Assembly: GCA_046726415.1 (NCBI GenBank)
Contig: JBKPAK010000137.1
Span: forward strand, 1 to 10,666
Direction of reading: 5' to 3'
Source: Candidatus Methylomirabilota bacterium
Lineage (GTDB): Bacteria; Methylomirabilota; Methylomirabilia; Rokubacteriales; CSP1-6
DNA: 10,666 nucleotides
Below the pieces are notes generated by a model. It ran no database searches and was not told the origin of the DNA. It worked only from the letters and a program-made list of their open reading frames with translations. Shown in pieces: positions 8,581 to 10,666 of this stretch (position 1 is the stretch's first letter; each line of letters starts with the position of its first letter). Made by a program: the position numbers and the translations under genes.

Positions 8581-8586
8581 ATTATA
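8581..8586 (-). promoter_or_regulatory. Consensus -10 box (TATAAT) for the PBP1A gene; probable leaderless or near-leaderless transcript
   Basis: Plus-strand attata reads TATAAT on the minus strand, with only 8 nt (GGGCGTCC) before the ATG at 8572. An AT-only hexamer is rare in this GC-rich DNA. No SD sequence and no recognisable -35. Confidence 0.75.
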
Positions 8587-8619
8587 CTGGCGTCTTCGTC
8601 GATCCTGGCGGTCTTCGTC
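8587..8619. repeat. Short direct repeat in the divergent PBP1A/tyrS intergenic region
   Basis: ctggcgtcttcgtc (8587-8600) and ctggcggtcttcgtc (8605-8619) are identical except for one inserted G. A weaker third copy, ctggccggcttc, lies at 8629-8640. Confidence 0.6.
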
Positions 8620-8665
8620 CCGACTGAACTGGCCGGCTTCCCTCCCGGCGAGGTCGAGAAGCCGC

Positions 8666-8694
8666 TTGCGTGGGGCAGGACCGCGTGGTACAAG
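8666..8694 (+). promoter_or_regulatory. Possible sigma70-type promoter for tyrS
   Basis: TTGCGT (8666-8671), a 17-bp spacer containing an extended -10 TG (8686-8687), then TACAAG (8689-8694). The -10 lacks the conserved final T, so this is tentative. Confidence 0.4.
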
Positions 8695-8712
8695 GCCGAT
8701 GCTTTGCGCGAT

Positions 8713-9948
8713 GTGACTTTTCTCCCCGTCGACGAGCAGATCCGCATCATCCGGCGGGGCGCCGCAGACCTGATCGTGGAGAGCGAACTCCGCGCGAAGC
8801 TCGAGCGATCCTGCGCCCTCCAGCAGCCGCTTCAGGTGAAGCTGGGACTGGATCCCACCGCGCCGGACCTGCATATCGGGCACACCGTCGTGCTCAACAA
8901 GCTGCGAGATTTCCAGGATCTGGGCCATGAGGTCATCGTCATTCTCGGTGACTTCACGGGCATGATCGGCGACCCCACGGGGCGCTCCGAGACGCGCAAG
9001 CCGCTGACGTGGGAGGAGATCCGTGCCAACGCCGCGACCTACCGAGCCCAGCTTGGCAAGATCCTGAATATGGAGGGCACGCGCCTCGAGTTCAACTCCA
9101 CGTGGCTGGGCAAGCTCACCATGGAGGACGTGATCCGGCTGACCGCGCACGTGACGGTGGCCCAGATGCTCCAGCGCGAGGATTTCGCCGGCCGCTACGC
9201 CGCCGGGCGGCCCATCAGCTTGCACGAGTTTCTCTATCCCATCGCGCAGGCCTACGACTCGGTGTCCCTGAGGGCCGACGTGGAGCTGGGTGGCACCGAC
9301 CAGACGTTCAACCTGCTCGTGGGACGCGACCTGCAGCGCGCCATGGGGCAAGAGCCTCAGGTGGCGGTGACCGTCCCCATCCTCGAGGGGCTAGACGGTG
9401 TCCAGAAGATGTCGAAAAGCTTGGGGAATTACGTGGGAATCGCCGAGAGGGCCGAGGACATCTACGGCAAGTTGATGTCGATTTCCGATGACCTCATGTG
9501 GCGATACTATGACCTGTTGACGCGCGTGCCCGAGGCGGAGATCGTGGGTCTCCGCCATGGGCATCCCATGGAGGCCAAGAAGCGGCTGGCGTTTACCCTG
9601 ACTGAGCAGTATCAGGGTGCCGCCCGGGCGACCGCGGCAGCCCAACACTTCGCGCGCGTTCACCAGCAGCGGTCCGCGCCGAGCGAGATCGAGGAGCGAC
9701 GCGTAGCGGCTCCTGGTGGCCGCCTGTCTGTCGTGTCCATTCTCCGGACCGTGGGCGTGGCCGACTCGAATTCGGAGGCGCGCCGGTTGATCGGACAGGG
9801 TGCCGTCGAGGTGGACGGTGAGCGGGTGACCAGCGTGGGGGCTGAGGTGGCCAGCGGGCGAACGTACTTGGTTCGCGTGGGCAAGCGGCAGTTCCGTCGG
9901 GTGACCGTGGAGGGGGCGCCAGCGGCGGCGAGTTCCTCCGAGGAGTGA
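8713..9948 (+). CDS. tyrS: Tyrosyl-tRNA synthetase with C-terminal S4-like domain (~411 aa; alternative TTG start at 8704)
   Basis: Motifs: KLGLDPTAPDLHIGH (HIGH), GDFTGMIGDPTG, YPIAQAYDS, ELGGTDQTFN, KMSKSLGN and S4 domain SNSEARRLIGQGAVEVDG...RVGKR. The start is ambiguous; GTG 8713 (MTFLPVDEQ) is preferred over TTG 8704. Confidence 0.96.
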   Translation: MTFLPVDEQIRIIRRGAADLIVESELRAKLERSCALQQPLQVKLGLDPTAPDLHIGHTVVLNKLRDFQDLGHEVIVILGDFTGMIGDPTGRSETRKPLTWEEIRANAATYRAQLGKILNMEGTRLEFNSTWLGKLTMEDVIRLTAHVTVAQMLQREDFAGRYAAGRPISLHEFLYPIAQAYDSVSLRADVELGGTDQTFNLLVGRDLQRAMGQEPQVAVTVPILEGLDGVQKMSKSLGNYVGIAERAEDIYGKLMSISDDLMWRYYDLLTRVPEAEIVGLRHGHPMEAKKRLAFTLTEQYQGAARATAAAQHFARVHQQRSAPSEIEERRVAAPGGRLSVVSILRTVGVADSNSEARRLIGQGAVEVDGERVTSVGAEVASGRTYLVRVGKRQFRRVTVEGAPAAASSSEE

Positions 9949-9966
9949 TCGGGCCTGAGGAAACTC

Positions 9967-9995
9967 TTGACAGCTTTCCTGGCGATCCGTATAGT
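9967..9995 (+). promoter_or_regulatory. rRNA operon promoter (sigma70 type)
   Basis: Perfect TTGACA (9967-9972), 17-bp spacer, TATAGT (9990-9995), about 210 nt upstream of the 16S 5' end. Confidence 0.88.
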
Positions 9996-10038
9996 TACTT
10001 TTTGTCCCCACCATGGGGCCAAAGTTCTGAGAAGTAGC

Positions 10039-10113
10039 CGGTCACTTCCAAGCTGACCGCAGCGTTCTTTGAAACTCGGATATGCTACTGGCTCACTGAA
10101 GAGGTGTGAGCAC
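10039..10113 (+). promoter_or_regulatory. rrn leader antitermination elements (boxB-like hairpin, boxA, boxC-like motif)
   Basis: Stem cggtca/tgaccg (10039-10059), then cgttctttgaaac (10063-10075), matching the GTTCTTTGAAA form of boxA, then tgtgagcac (10105-10113), resembling boxC. This is the order expected in rrn leaders. Confidence 0.7.
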
Positions 10114-10206
10114 CCATCCGTTTCTTTTTTCGAGCCTTGCGCTCGGCCGAGTAACTGCGAGCAGAACAGCAGTGACGGTTCGAGCTTGAGCTCAGGTTCA
10201 TCGCTT

Positions 10207-10666
10207 TCTATGGCGAGTTTGATCCTGGCTCAGAGCGAACGCTGGCGGCGTACTTAACACATGCAAGTCGAACGGGGATCACCGCGTGAGCAATCACGCG
10301 GTGGTCCTAGTGGCGTACGGGTGAGTAACACGTGGGTAACCTGCCCTGGAGACCGGGATACCCTCTCGAAAGGGAGGCTAATACCGGATACGTTTCTCGG
10401 ATCGCGAGATCTGAGGAGGAAAGGCGGCGCAAGCTGCCGCTCTTGGAGGGGCTCGCGGCCTATCAGCTAGTTGGTGAGGTGATGGCTCACCAAGGCGATG
10501 ACGGGTAGCTGGTCTGAGAGGACGGCCAGCCACACGGGGACTGAGACACGGCCCCGACTCCTACGGGAGGCAGCAGTGGGGAATTTTCCGCAATGGGCGA
10601 AAGCCTGACGGAGTGACGCCGCGTGGGGGACGAAGGCCTTCGGGTCGTAAACCCCTGTCAGAGGGA
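10207..10666 (+). rRNA. rrs: 16S rRNA gene, 5' part (V1 to start of V3), truncated by the window end; 5' boundary approximate
   Basis: GAGTTTGATCCTGGCTCAG (27F site, 10215-10233), AACGCTGGCGGC, ACACATGCAAGTCGAAC, GGGTGAGTAACACGTGG, CAGCTAGTTGGTGAGGT and ACTCCTACGGGAGGCAGCAG (338F site, 10557-10576). Confidence 0.99.

Noticed and set aside
8573..8712. T-box riboswitch upstream of tyrS (or glyQ)
   Set aside because: The region is only ~140 bp and holds divergent promoters, with no T-box motif (GGTGGNACCGCG) or terminator. glyQ has no leader at all.
6419..8716. 765-aa + strand ORF opposite the PBP1A gene
   Set aside because: Mirror of the PBP codons with no motifs; the PBP strand carries all the catalytic signatures.
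10091..10200. Hairpin-rich segment as a separate ncRNA or tRNA
   Set aside because: No cloverleaf arms. The stems (gctcac/gtgagc, tcgagcc/ggttcga, actgc/gcagt) are adequately explained as pre-16S leader and processing structure.
10069..10470. Small ORFs 10069-10257 and 10261-10470
   Set aside because: They fall in the rrn leader and 16S rRNA and are spurious.

Overview
This is a GC-rich bacterial core-genome window made almost entirely of housekeeping genes. The + strand carries a tightly packed cluster: the 3' end of aspS, then phoH, ybeY, era, recO, glyQ and glyS. A class A penicillin-binding protein (PBP1A family) on the - strand converges on glyS and overlaps its 3' end by 68 bp. tyrS is transcribed divergently from the PBP gene and is followed by a near-consensus sigma70 promoter, a boxB/boxA leader and the 5' ~460 nt of a 16S rRNA gene. 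I found no mobile element gene, CRISPR array or defence system. The one stretch the housekeeping genes do not explain is ~1649-1859, between the YbeY core and era. It holds two degenerate copies of a hairpin-forming unit spaced 129 bp apart plus further GC hairpins, is read in frame as a ~69-aa YbeY tail, and supplies the ybeY stop codon, so it resembles a palindromic repeat element captured by a gene. Smaller points: His-to-Asp change at the third YbeY metal ligand, a probable leaderless PBP mRNA with direct repeats over the -35 region, an alphaproteobacterial-like AspS C-terminus, and compensatory changes in the 16S. The organism may be Ca. Rokubacteria/Methylomirabilota-like, but that is an unverified impression.
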